A stretch of 64,000 nt of DNA from Lama guanicoe. Taxonomy: Eukaryota. A program made the translations under genes and the position numbers. The DNA lies in assembly GCA_013239625.1 (NCBI GenBank), contig MU053472.1, positions 2,639,822 through 2,703,821 of the forward strand. The letters are read 5' to 3'. Positions 1-11,519 of this stretch are shown here, piece after piece; position 1 is the stretch's first letter, and each line of letters opens with the position of its first letter. The notes under the pieces are model-generated. The model saw only the letters and a list, made by a program, of their open reading frames with translations, did no database searches and was not told the origin of the DNA.

Positions 1-600
1 AGCTAAATACATAGTGACCTAGAAGATAGTCCCAAAGAAGTTACTTAGAATGTACCAGAGAAACAAACAAATAGAAAGGATGAGAGGAAAATTATGGGTC
101 ATAGATAATAAAGTGCAAAAGTCCAATGTACATCTGGAATTTCAGAAGGAGAAAATGGAGAGGAGAGAGGTGAGATCATATTCAAAAAATTGTTACTGAC
201 TATCTTCCAGAATTAATGAAACTCAAATTCTGAGTTTGAAGAAACTAAATGAATTCGAATCTAAATAAAAAGAAACTCACACCAAGACACACCATAGTGA
301 AACTACAGAAAACTAAAGACAAGAAAAAGATTCTAAAATAGCTAGAGAGAAATACAGCTTACCTACAAGGGAACATATGAAAATAACAGGACATTTCTCA
401 GTGGCAACAATGGAAGCCAGAAGACAGTGGAATAGTATCTTTAAAGTCTGAGAGGAAAATAATTGTCAACCTAGAATTACGTCCTAGCAAAACTACCTCA
501 AAAAAGATCTTGAAACAATGATATTTTCAGAGAGACTGGGGAAGATACCAGCAACTAGAAGGTCTCAAGTACCCTAAAGGTAATTCTCGAAGTTTCTAGT
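1..600 (+). mobile_element. Old, degenerate LINE-1 ORF1 3' part
   Basis: A-rich sequence with decayed ORF1 hallmarks (cacaccaagacacaccatagtgaaact; gcaacaatggaagccagaagacagtgg; caacctagaatt); many stops. Confidence 0.75.
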
Positions 601-1379
601 GAGAAATTCGGAGGAACTGGGGTTTATAAAAGTTGTGAAAATGCATAGGCTGAGAACACAAAAAGACTAAGGGGACACTGGATCTAACCACATCTACAAC
701 CAACCCCATCTCAATTTTTAATCTCCGGAACATTTTGGTTACGCTGCAGGCATATGGTTTACTTTTGCAGATTTGAGGGAAGAGAACAATTCTGCTCCAT
801 CTTCTCATGCCGCCAACCCAAAAAGGCTTTCCTGGGCCCCTAAGCCCTTAGGAGGAGTGGTTAAATGATTGGTCAAAGTCCAAGGCATTTATTAGGCCTT
901 ATTTGCTGCCTCTTCCTCACTCAGGTCTCTCTTCTTTTCTGCCCCTTACTGGGGTCTGTGCCTCTGAAGACTGTGCCATGTTAGTTTTGTAGAAGGGAGA
1001 AAAAACTTCAACATAACAGAGCTCTGTAGTGGGTGTTACTGGCTTCTCACCCCTGTATGCAGCTCCGTATAGCTCCCTCAATCTGAGACACCAAAGGCAG
1101 GAGGGGACCCAAGCATTCCTTGGTCTCTGGATTAATACATAAAAATATCTCCGAACTTCATCTGTGTCCTCTAATACAGATGCTCATCTTCACTCTAAGG
1201 TAATGAAGATTAGCTGATGTTCCTAGGGAAAGGACAAGAGGCTTCTCTGCCAAATCCAAACACCTGAGAGATAACTTCTGCTAGGCTCATTTTCCTTATC
1301 CCAAAAAGGAAGAAAAATACTGAATTCACAGAGAATTAGAGGTTAAACATCTTGGTGAAATCACCTAGAAGTATAAAGA

Positions 1380-2775
1380 GGCTAAATGTTTACTGTATTA
1401 GTATAGAAATGGGACAAACTGCAAAAACCAAATCTGGACTCAAATACATACTGAATTCAATGTATGATAAAACTAGCACTCCAGATCAGTGGGAGAAAGA
1501 TGGCTTATTCAATAAAAGTAATGAGGCAACTGTTCAGACTTTTTTTAAAAGCTGAATCATTACTTTATTCCAAAATAAAGCCCATATGTATCAACATTTA
1601 AAGATATATTAAAGCATAAAAATACTAAGGGAAATACGTATGAATATTTTATAATCTTGGAGTGGAAAAGGCCTTTTCGAGCATGTTACCAAATTCAGAA
1701 AAAAGAATTTATAAATTTTGGCTACTTAGGATTAAAACTTAGACCTTTTAAATGACATAAAAATACTACCCTTAAAAAAAGACATACTATATTCTTGACT
1801 AGGAAATATTAAAATCATAAATATGTCAATTACTCACAAATTAACATATAAATGCAATTCCAGTCAGAATACATTGATTTTACATCAGTAATGTATGAGT
1901 TGATACATGGATTTTACGGGACAGTAACTAACATTCATATGGAAGAATACATGCGAATAGTCAAGAATATTTGGAAAAGAAGACCAGTGAAGGGAGGCTC
2001 ATCTTACCATAATTCAATTTAAAATGAAGATATAGTAAACAAAATAGAATGTTATTGGCACAGGAACAGACAAATGTATCAGTAAAAAGACTGGAGAGTC
2101 CAGAAATTGATTAAAAGATACATGAGACTCAAGAAGAGTTTTATTTATTATATGGTGCTAGAATAACTGAGTATACATTTGGAATAAAATAAACCTATTT
2201 CTTATGGTAGACACTGATAGCTACCTACCTAATTTCCATTTATTTCATTCAGATGAAAACTTATGTCCAATATAAAAACATACACATGAATGTTAATAGC
2301 ATCATTATTCCTAATAGTCAGCAAGGGGGAAACAAGTGAAATGCCCATCAACTGGTGAATGGATAAACAACTTGGCGTATCCATATGATGGAATATTACT
2401 GAGGAGTAAAAAGGAATGGAGTACTGAGATATGCTTCAACATGGATAAACCTTGAAAACAGTATGCGAAGTAAAAAAAGCCAGTCAAAAAAGGCCATGTA
2501 ATGTATGATTCCATTTATATGAAAATTCCAGAATAGGCAAATCCATACAGACAGAAAGTAGGTCAGTGGTTGCTAGTGAGTGGCAGGGAGGATGGGAGGA
2601 TGAGGGCCTATAAATGGGCACTGGATTTCTTCTTGGAGTGAAGAATATGTTCTAAATTTATAATGATGATGGTTACACAACTCTGTGAATATACTAAAAC
2701 CTACTGAATGATGTAATTTAAAAGGGTAAATGTTATGCTATGTGAATAATATCTCAAAAAAGCTGTTATTTAAAA
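1380..2775 (+). mobile_element. Ancient L1M ORF2 fragments and an L1MC/L1ME-like 3' end
   Basis: Decayed ORF2 motifs. 2255-2775 matches a typical old L1 3' end (aatgcccatcaactggtgaatggataaac...gtatgattccatttatatgaaa...aaagctgttattt). Confidence 0.7.
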
Positions 2776-3779
2776 AACACACTCAGGGTTTGCTGTCTGG
2801 TACACAGAGGTGACTTTCAGATTTCTGCTGGTAGCAAGAGGAGGGACAACTACAAGTGCAGTAACTGCTGTTAAGGAAACACCAGCAGTTTCTAATTTTA
2901 TGCTGGCCTACATTTTGCTATGACTCTAGTAGCTTTTGATAATGCTACACAAGAGGCCAAAACAGAAATGCCTTTTATATTTTATTGTAACAGCTAAACT
3001 GGGATATAAACTCACCAATTGCTTTTTTACAAAGGAAATGAGCTAAAAACAACATAGATGTAAGTGTAGCTTAAATAAGCTTTTGCTCAGTAAGATGAAT
3101 GTGTTCACAGGAGAGGGAGAGTTTGGTAGTAAAAACAGTATAAAGTGTTAACATTATTTTAAAAAGCATTTTGTTTCATTTACTGTAAATGGTCAAAAAT
3201 CATTTTAAAACAGATGGTAAATCTGTTGAATAGTAAAAAGAAATGACATCTTGTTTCCATTTTCCTGTTCCTTCCAGTTCATCTCTTCATTGTAAATCAC
3301 TTTCCATTGTGGGAGGATATTAAATTTAAATCAAACTGAAAGAAAAAAAAGCATGTGGCTATGTCCATAAATTCATGTTTCTCAGCACTACTGCCTCTTA
3401 CAGCCGTTTTATGAAGAGTATTTCAAATTTATCTATTCTTTCTGGATGGGAACAAACTGACAATTTCTTTTCTTGAGCAAACAGCTCTTTCAAGGAACTT
3501 AATTACAAAAAGAAAAAATCTGTAATTATGATATATAAACATTAAATAAATTTTAATACTCTTTCATGAGAAAAGATCTGGAACTGGTAAGCATTTGAGG
3601 AACGGTATGAAGTTTAATTTGTAAAGATAAATAAGATGTGCAGTGCTTACCAAGTTCTTAGACTAAAATGCTATATATACATGAGTGTGTATGTATGTAT
3701 ACGGACATACATGGATATACGTATATGAATGCTGATGTCTGTGCATGATGCTCACAATTATGTAAATAAATATTCCTTA

Positions 3780-3875
3780 CAATAACCCCATTACAATGAG
3801 GAAACTGAGAAAGAGCGAGGTTATGCAATTTGTCCAAGCTGAATCCAGGGAGTCTGGCACCACAGACCATGTTTT
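3780..3875. mobile_element. MIR SINE fragment
   Basis: MIR core motif atgaggaaactgag...aggttatgcaatttgtccaag. Confidence 0.55.
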
Positions 3876-5947
3876 TGATAATTACTCTAGATATATATCA
3901 AGAGCTCTGAGAACATTAAACCAGCCAATAGATCCTTCTTATCTTCTGTTCTGAATTGCCCTCTACAAAACACCAAATGCTTCCTTTGGACATATGATAC
4001 AGCTAAAGTTTATTGTAAAGTTCTTCTACAATAAAGAAGGTAACTAATTTCTGGTTTTGAACCCTCTTTGATCTATGACAAAACTCTCTATATTTATTAA
4101 ATTCAAATAAATTTTCAATCTAAACCACATTACTTTAGGGTAAAATGTAAATACATCTAAAAAGATGCACTGAGGATGTCTCTGAGGGGAGACTAAGAAT
4201 GGAGGTGGGACCAGGAAGCACAAGGACTAGATTGGCTGCCCGGAGGTCATCCCTCTTACCGTCCCCCAGTGTGATGCCACCCCGGTTACCCATCCCCCAC
4301 CTGAACAGGAATTTGAGAATGCCCTGGAGGTCCCCCCTCTCACCTGCCCCCAAGTTTAAAGCCATCCTGGTCACCCATTCCCCTGTGAACAGGGGCCAGG
4401 AGTCTCCGCAGCCTTGGCCAAGTGGGCTTATATATAGGGTCCATGTGCAATAGGTGGGGGATGTCTTCTATTTTTTACTACTTCTACTACCACTTTTGGG
4501 GCAGAGGGAGATGGTATTTTCAAGACAAACCACAGGCACCAGAAAGAAAAGTTCGGAAGTTGAAAAAAAAAACCAACAAGGACTGAAAATAGATTAATAA
4601 ATCTATCTCTTTATTTTCCAGAAGATAAACCACTTAGCTGAATGACAGAAACAAATTTTATATAAGGAATGCATCTGCATTGATACCTTGGATTTTTTAG
4701 CTTTAAAAAGCAAAGGGAAACATACTTTTTAAGATTATAAATATAATCAACCTCATATAACTAATTAGTGTGGAACAATTCCACACTAAATTAAATAAAC
4801 TAAATAGTGTGGAAAAAAAAAGACATTTTTATTATGGAAAAGAGACAAAAATTATTACCTCCCTATACACCAGCTCTAGAACCAGATTGCTCTATGACGT
4901 TTTTCCTAAAAGCATTCATTTAAAACATGTCCACTTTGTGCCCACTTCAACTCAGTGATAGTTAATGCCTAAAATTCTGTGTTAAGGATTCTCAGGCTGA
5001 ACAAGAATGAGATTAATATGAGATGGCCAAGATGTCAGAGTAGGAAGAATCTGAACATCCCTCCTTCCACAGATACACCAAAATTACAACTACTTACAGA
5101 GCAACTATCTATGAGAACAACCTAGAGACTAGAAGACGACATTTCCCACATTTAAAGGCATAAAGAAGGAAACACAATGAGATGGGTAGGAGGGGCAGAG
5201 CCACAGTATAGTCAGGACCCACACCTCTGGGTTAGCAACCCACAACTGGAAAGAACATCACAATTGTAGAGGTACTCCCTAAGGAGTGAGGGGTTTGAGC
5301 CCCATATCAGGCTCCCGAGCTCAAGGATTCTGCATTAGGAAGAGAAGCCTCCAGAACATCCAGCTTTGAAAATCAGGAGGGCTTATGTTCAGGAGAGCCA
5401 GAGGGCTAAAACACAGATTCAGCTGTTAAAGGGCACATGCAAAATCTCACACACTCTTGAGTCCCAGCATTGTAATCAGTAGTTTGCAAGCAAGTAGTTT
5501 GGTCAGACCCACTTGATGATCTTGAAGAGCCTCCCAGAAAGGCAGGAGGCAGCTGGGACTCTGCCAAGAGCTGGAAATAGCGATAGAATCCATTTTGGGG
5601 AGCTCCTTCCACCACAATAACACTGCACTGGCAAGCACCATTTTGGAATCCTTCCTCCAGTCTATTAGAGCAGACCTAGCCCTGCCCACTAGTGGCTGGC
5701 ACGAGCCCCGAATCCCCTGGGCTGTGCAGACAGTTGCACAGGGACCTGGCCCCATCCTCCAGCAGACCAGCACCAGTCCTGCACCTCCCCAAGTTGCAGA
5801 GCCAACCACACAGGAAACCTACCTCACCCTCCAGCAGGCCTGCAGCCATGATAGATGACATGGCCTCATAGCCAACTGGGGCAGGGGTCCAGCCCCACCA
5901 GCTAGCACACCCACAGCAGTTGGCCCCACCATAACAGAAGGGCACAC

Positions 5948-8900
5948 AAAGCCCACTATGGGGGCATCGCTAGAGCATGTAACTCTGGTGACCAAGAAGA
6001 GCTTGTTCCTGGGTCGTATAGGACGTCTCTTACATAAGGCCACTTCTTAAAGATCAGGAAATGCAGCCAACCTATCTAATATAAAGATATGAATACAGAG
6101 AATTGGGAAAAATTAAGAGACAGAACAGTATGTTCCAAATAAAGGAACAAGATGAAACCCCAGAAGTTCCAGTCAAGATGGCAGAGCAGTAGGACCACGA
6201 GCTTGCCTCTCCTCGCGACTACAATGAAACCACAACTGAGTGCTAAACAACCATCAAAAACAGACTGGAACCTAGCAAAAAAGATCTTCTGCAACTGGAA
6301 ACATAAAGAGGGAACCACAGCAGGACGGTAGGAGGGGCGTGCTCGTGGTATAATTGGGCCCCATAGCCCCTGGGGTGGGTGACCCACAAGCTGAAGATTT
6401 GTTAAGTCGCAGAGGCCCTCCCACAAGAGTGAGAGCTATAAACCCCACGTCAGGCTTCCCAGTTTGGGTCCCGGTATTGGGAAGAGAAGGAGACCCCAGG
6501 ACATCTGGTTCTGAAGGCCAGGGGGGCTTGGATCTGGGAGCCTGACGGGATTGGGGGAAACAGAGGCCCCATTCTCTTGAGAAGCGTATACAGAAACTCA
6601 CCTGCACCAGGTCCAAGGGCAGAGGCAGTGATTTCATAGGAACCTGGGTCAGACCAGCCTACTGGATTTGGAGGGTCTCCTGGAGACGTGGGGGATGGCA
6701 GTGGTTCACTCAGGGGACATAAAAGCTGGTGGCGGGACATTCTGGGAGTGTTAATCCACATGAGCTTTCCTGGAGGCTGACATCTTGATTAATCATTAGC
6801 ACCAAGACCTAGCGCCACCCAACAGCCTGTAGGGAAGCCTCAGGCCAAACAACATACCGGGTGGGAACACAGCCACACCTGTCATCAGGCTTCCTAAGCC
6901 ACAAAGGCCTCTAAATAGGCCCTACCCATCAGAGGTCCAGGATCAGGCTTCACCCAGCAGTGGGCAGGTACTGGCTCCTCCTGCCAGGAAACCTGCATAA
7001 GCCTCTAGTCCAGCCTCATCCACTAGGGGCAGAAACTAGAAATAGAAAACAATAATCCCAAAGCCTGTGGAAGGAATCCACAAACACATAGAAAGATAGA
7101 CGATATGAGGCGGCAAAGGAATATCTCCTAGGCCAAGGCACAAGATAAAATTCCAGAAGAAGAAATAATGAGGAGATAGGCAATTTATCTGAGAAAGATG
7201 TTCAGAGAACTCAAGAGGAGCATAGATGCATGGAGTGAAGTTTTCCACAAAGAGTTGGAAAATATAAAGAATACCCAAACAGAGTTGAAGAATAAAATCA
7301 CTGCAATAAACAACACACTAGAAGGAACCAAGAATAGACTAAATGAGACAGAAGAACAGATCAGTGAGCTAAAAGACAGATTAGTGGAAATCACTACTTC
7401 AGAACAGAAAAAAGAATAAAAAGGAATGAGGATAGTTTAAGAGAACTCTGGGACAACATGAAGCGCTCTAATATTCACAATATAGGGGTCCCAGAAAGAG
7501 AGAAAGAACCTGAGAAAATTTTTGGAGAGATAATAACCGAAAACTTCCCCAACTTGGGGAAGGAAACAGTCACGCAAGTCCTGGAAGTGCAGACAGTACC
7601 ACACAGAATCAACCCAAAGAGGAACACACAAAGGCACATAGTCATCAAATTGACAACTAAGGATAAGGAGAAAATATTAAAATTAAAATTAACAATGAGT
7701 AATATACAAGAGGACTCCCATAAGGTTATTAGCTGATTTTTCAGCAGAAACTCTACAGGCCAGAAGGGAGGGGCATGATATATTTAAAGTGATGCAAGAG
7801 GGAAACTTACAACCAAGAATACTCTATCCAGCAAGGCTCTCATTCAGACTTGATGGAGAAATCAAAAGCTTCACAGATAAAAGCTAAAAGATTTCAGCAC
7901 CACCAAACCAGCTTTACAACAAATGTTAAAGGACCTTCTCTAGTCATCAAACCATAAGAAAAGAGAATAAAATGAAGAAAGAGGAAAAAAAAAAAGAGAG
8001 AGACCCCTACAAATGATTGCTTTGGCTGTTCGGGATCTTTTGTGGTTCCTTACAAATTGTGGAATTGTTTGTTCTAGTTCTGTGACTAATGTAGTGAATA
8101 TTTTGATGGGGGTTACGTGGATCTGGGTGTTACATGGATCTGTGGATTGCTTTGGGTAGTGAGGCCATTTTGATAGTGTTGATTCTTCCAATCCAAGAGC
8201 ACAAGAAATCTTTCCATTTCTTTGTGTCATTTTGGTTTTCAGAGTATAGGTAACCTCCTTGGTTAAGTTTATTTCTAGGTGTTTTGTTGTTTTTGATGCA
8301 ATGGAAATGTCTCTGCCAGTTATAAAATTCTGGGTTTTGAAGTGAAAGAAAAAAGTGAATGAAGGGCCACAAATGGCAAAATAGACTTCTTTTTTTTGGG
8401 TGAGTTGTATTCCATTATTTATATATATATGCTGCATCTCCATTATTTATTTAACTACTGATGTGCACGTAGGATGCTTCCATGTCTTGGCAATTATAAT
8501 GTTGCTGTTAACAGCAGGGTGTATATATCTTTTTGAGTTAATTCTTATTTGTGGTTGGCTTTATTCCTTTGATAACTATGTAAGTTTAAAAAGCTAAAGT
8601 TCTAAATGTTCTTGGAAACAATGAATAGTACATATATGTAAATTTAAAAATATATGTGCAGTAAAAAAAAAAAAGGTCTATCAAGCCATGAAAGACATAG
8701 AAGAAACTTAAAAGACATATTACTAAATGAAAGAAGCCAGTCTGAAAAGACTGCAAACTGTATGATTCCAATCAGATGATATTCTGGAAAATGCACAGCT
8801 ACAGGAACAATAAAAAGATCATCGTTTCCAGAGATCTGGGGAGAGGAATGGAGGGGGGAATGAACAGATGGAGCACAGGGGATTTTTAGAGCAATGAAAT

Positions 8901-10599
8901 TATTCTGTATTATACTATGGTGGATACATGTCATTAAGCATTTGTCAAAACCCATAGAATGTACAACATACAGAGTAAACCCTAATGTAAACTATGGACT
9001 TTGGCTGATAATAATGTGCCCATGTTGGTTCATCAATTGTACCAAATACGCCACACTGATGAGGGATTTTGAGAGTAGGGGATTATATATGTGTGGATAT
9101 GGAGGGCTATGTGCAAATTCTGTATTTTCCACTCAGTTCTGTTGTGAACCTGAAACTGCTCTAAAAGAATAAAGTCTGTTAAAAATTAAAAAAAAATTAA
9201 GATGAAACCCCAGAAGAACTAAGCGAAATGAAGTAACGATCATAAAGATGTTCACCAACCTTAGAAGAAAAATGGATGAACTCAATGAGAATTTTAACAT
9301 AGTTAGAAAATATAAAGAAAAATCAAAGCTGAAGAATACAATAATTGAAAAAAAAGCACAGTTGAATGAATCAATAGTAGATCAGATGATAAAGAGAAAT
9401 GGATCAGTCATCTGGAGACAGAGTAGTGGAAATCACCCAAGCTGAACAGAAAAAAGAAGAAAGAATTTTAAAAATTAAGGATAGTCTGAGAAACATCTGA
9501 TCACATGTAATAACCTTCAGATTATAGGGGTCCCAGAAGAAGAGAGAGAGAGAGAGAGAGGCAGAGAAGTTATTTGAAGAAATAATAGCTGAAAACATCC
9601 CTAACTTGGGAAAGAACACAGACATCCAGGTCCAGGAAGTACAGAGTCCCAAACAAGATGAATCCAAGAGGTCCACACCACGACACACTATGATTAAAAT
9701 GGCAAAAATTAACGATAAAGAATTTTAAAAGCAGAAAGAGAAAAGTAAATAGTTATATAAAAGGGAACTCTCATAAGGCTATGAGCTGACTGTTCAGTAG
9801 AAACATTGCAGGTCAGGAGGGAGTGGCATGATATATTCAAAGCAATGAAAGGGAAAAACCTACAACCAAGAATAGCTAGCAAGGTTACCATTCAGATTTG
9901 AAGGAGAGATAAAGAGTTTTACAGACAAGCAAAAGCTAAAAGAGTTCAGCATCACTAAACTGGCTTTACAAGAAATGTTAAAGGGACTTCTCTAATCAGA
10001 AAACAATAGGCACAACTAGAAATATGAAAATTATGAAACAAATAAAAAAGTCTTTCTGATAAAGCCAAACATATACTAAAGGTAGATCAAACACTTATAA
10101 AGCTACTGGAAAGGTTAAAAGATGAAAGTAGTAAAACTATTTTTCCCACAATAAGCAGTTAAGGGATACACAAAACAAAAAGATGTAAAATATAATGTCA
10201 AAACATTAAACATGGTTGGGGGTAAAAATATCAGGTTGTTAGAATGTATTCAAACTTAAAATATCATCAACTTAAAATAATCATATATACATGGCTTGGG
10301 GGAGAGGGAGACAGAGAGAGCATGCACACTATATATAAAACTTATGGTAAGCACAAACCAAAAATCTATAATATATACACGCATACAAAAGAGAAAGGAA
10401 CCCAAACATAACACAAAAGAGAATTGTCAAATCACAAGGGAAGACAGCAAAAGAAGAAAGGAATAAGAACTACAAAAACAACCCCAAAACAATTAACAAA
10501 ATGGCAATAAATACATACCTATCAATAATTACTTCAAATATAAATGGACTAAATGCTCCAATCAAAAGACAGAGTGTCTAAACGGATTTTTTAAAAGAT

Positions 10600-10633
<34 letters not shown>

Positions 10634-11300
10634 TGCCTACAAGACTCACTTCAAATCAAAATACACACACAGACTGAAAATGACAGAATTGAGAAAGATA
10701 TAACATGCAAATGGAAATGAAAAGAAAGCTAGGGTAGCAATACTTATATCAGACAAAATAGACTTTAAAACAAAGATTGCTTTGAGACAAACAGACAAAG
10801 TAGGACACTACAGAATGATAAAAGGAAGCAAGAAGATATAAAAACTGTAAATATATATGCACCAATCATAGGAACGCCTAAAAACATAATGCAAATACTA
10901 ACAAACATAAAGGGAGAAATTGACAATAATAATAGGGGACTTTAATACCCCACATACATCAATATATGGATCATCCAGACAGAAAAATCAATAAGGAAAC
11001 ACTGGCCTTAAATGACCATCGTCATCATTAGACCAACTTAATTATAGATACATACAGATACAGATACATTCTGCTGTTTCAACCAGAACAGCAGAATACA
11101 CATTCTTTTCAAGTACACATGGAACATTCTCCAGGATAGATCACATTCTAGGCCACAAAACAAGTCTCAATAAATTTAAGAAGACTGAAATCGTATCAGA
11201 CATCTATTCCAACCATACAGTATGAGACTAGAAACCAACTGTAAGGAAAAAAACCTGCAAAAAAACCCAAAACACATGGAGTCCAAACAATAGGCTACTA
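5948..11300 (+). repeat. Tandem duplication unit 1 (5353 bp)
   Basis: Sequence from aaagcccactatggggg to taggctacta is repeated immediately downstream almost verbatim. The ORF track is duplicated accordingly. Confidence 0.95.
6167..9198 (+). mobile_element. Composite ORF1-only (HAL1-like) retroelement, copy 1
   Basis: Perfect 18-bp TSD AAGATGAAACCCCAGAAG (6149-6166 and 9199-9216). Contains an L1-type 5'UTR, degenerate ORF1 (about 7105-7943), inverted L1 pieces, an old L1MC-like 3' end, AATAAA at 9168-9173 and an A-tail. Confidence 0.8.
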
Positions 11301-11519
11301 AAAGCCCACTATGGGGGCATCGCTAGAGCATGTAACTCTGGTGACCAAGAAGAGCTTGTTCCTGGGTCGTATAGGACGTCTCTTACATAAGGCCACTTCT
11401 TAAAGATCAGGAAATGCAGCCAACCTATCTAATATAAAGATATGAATACAGAGAATTGGGAAAAATTAAGAGACAGAACAGTATGTTCCAAATAAAGGAA
11501 CAAGATGAAACCCCAGAAG

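Noticed and set aside
600..1300. Non-L1 segment between L1 remnants
   Set aside because: I could not assign it. No convincing ORF, LTR termini or splice structure; possibly old LTR-element internal sequence.
5406..6761. Many overlapping short ORFs
   Set aside because: They lie in two GC-rich L1-type 5'UTRs.
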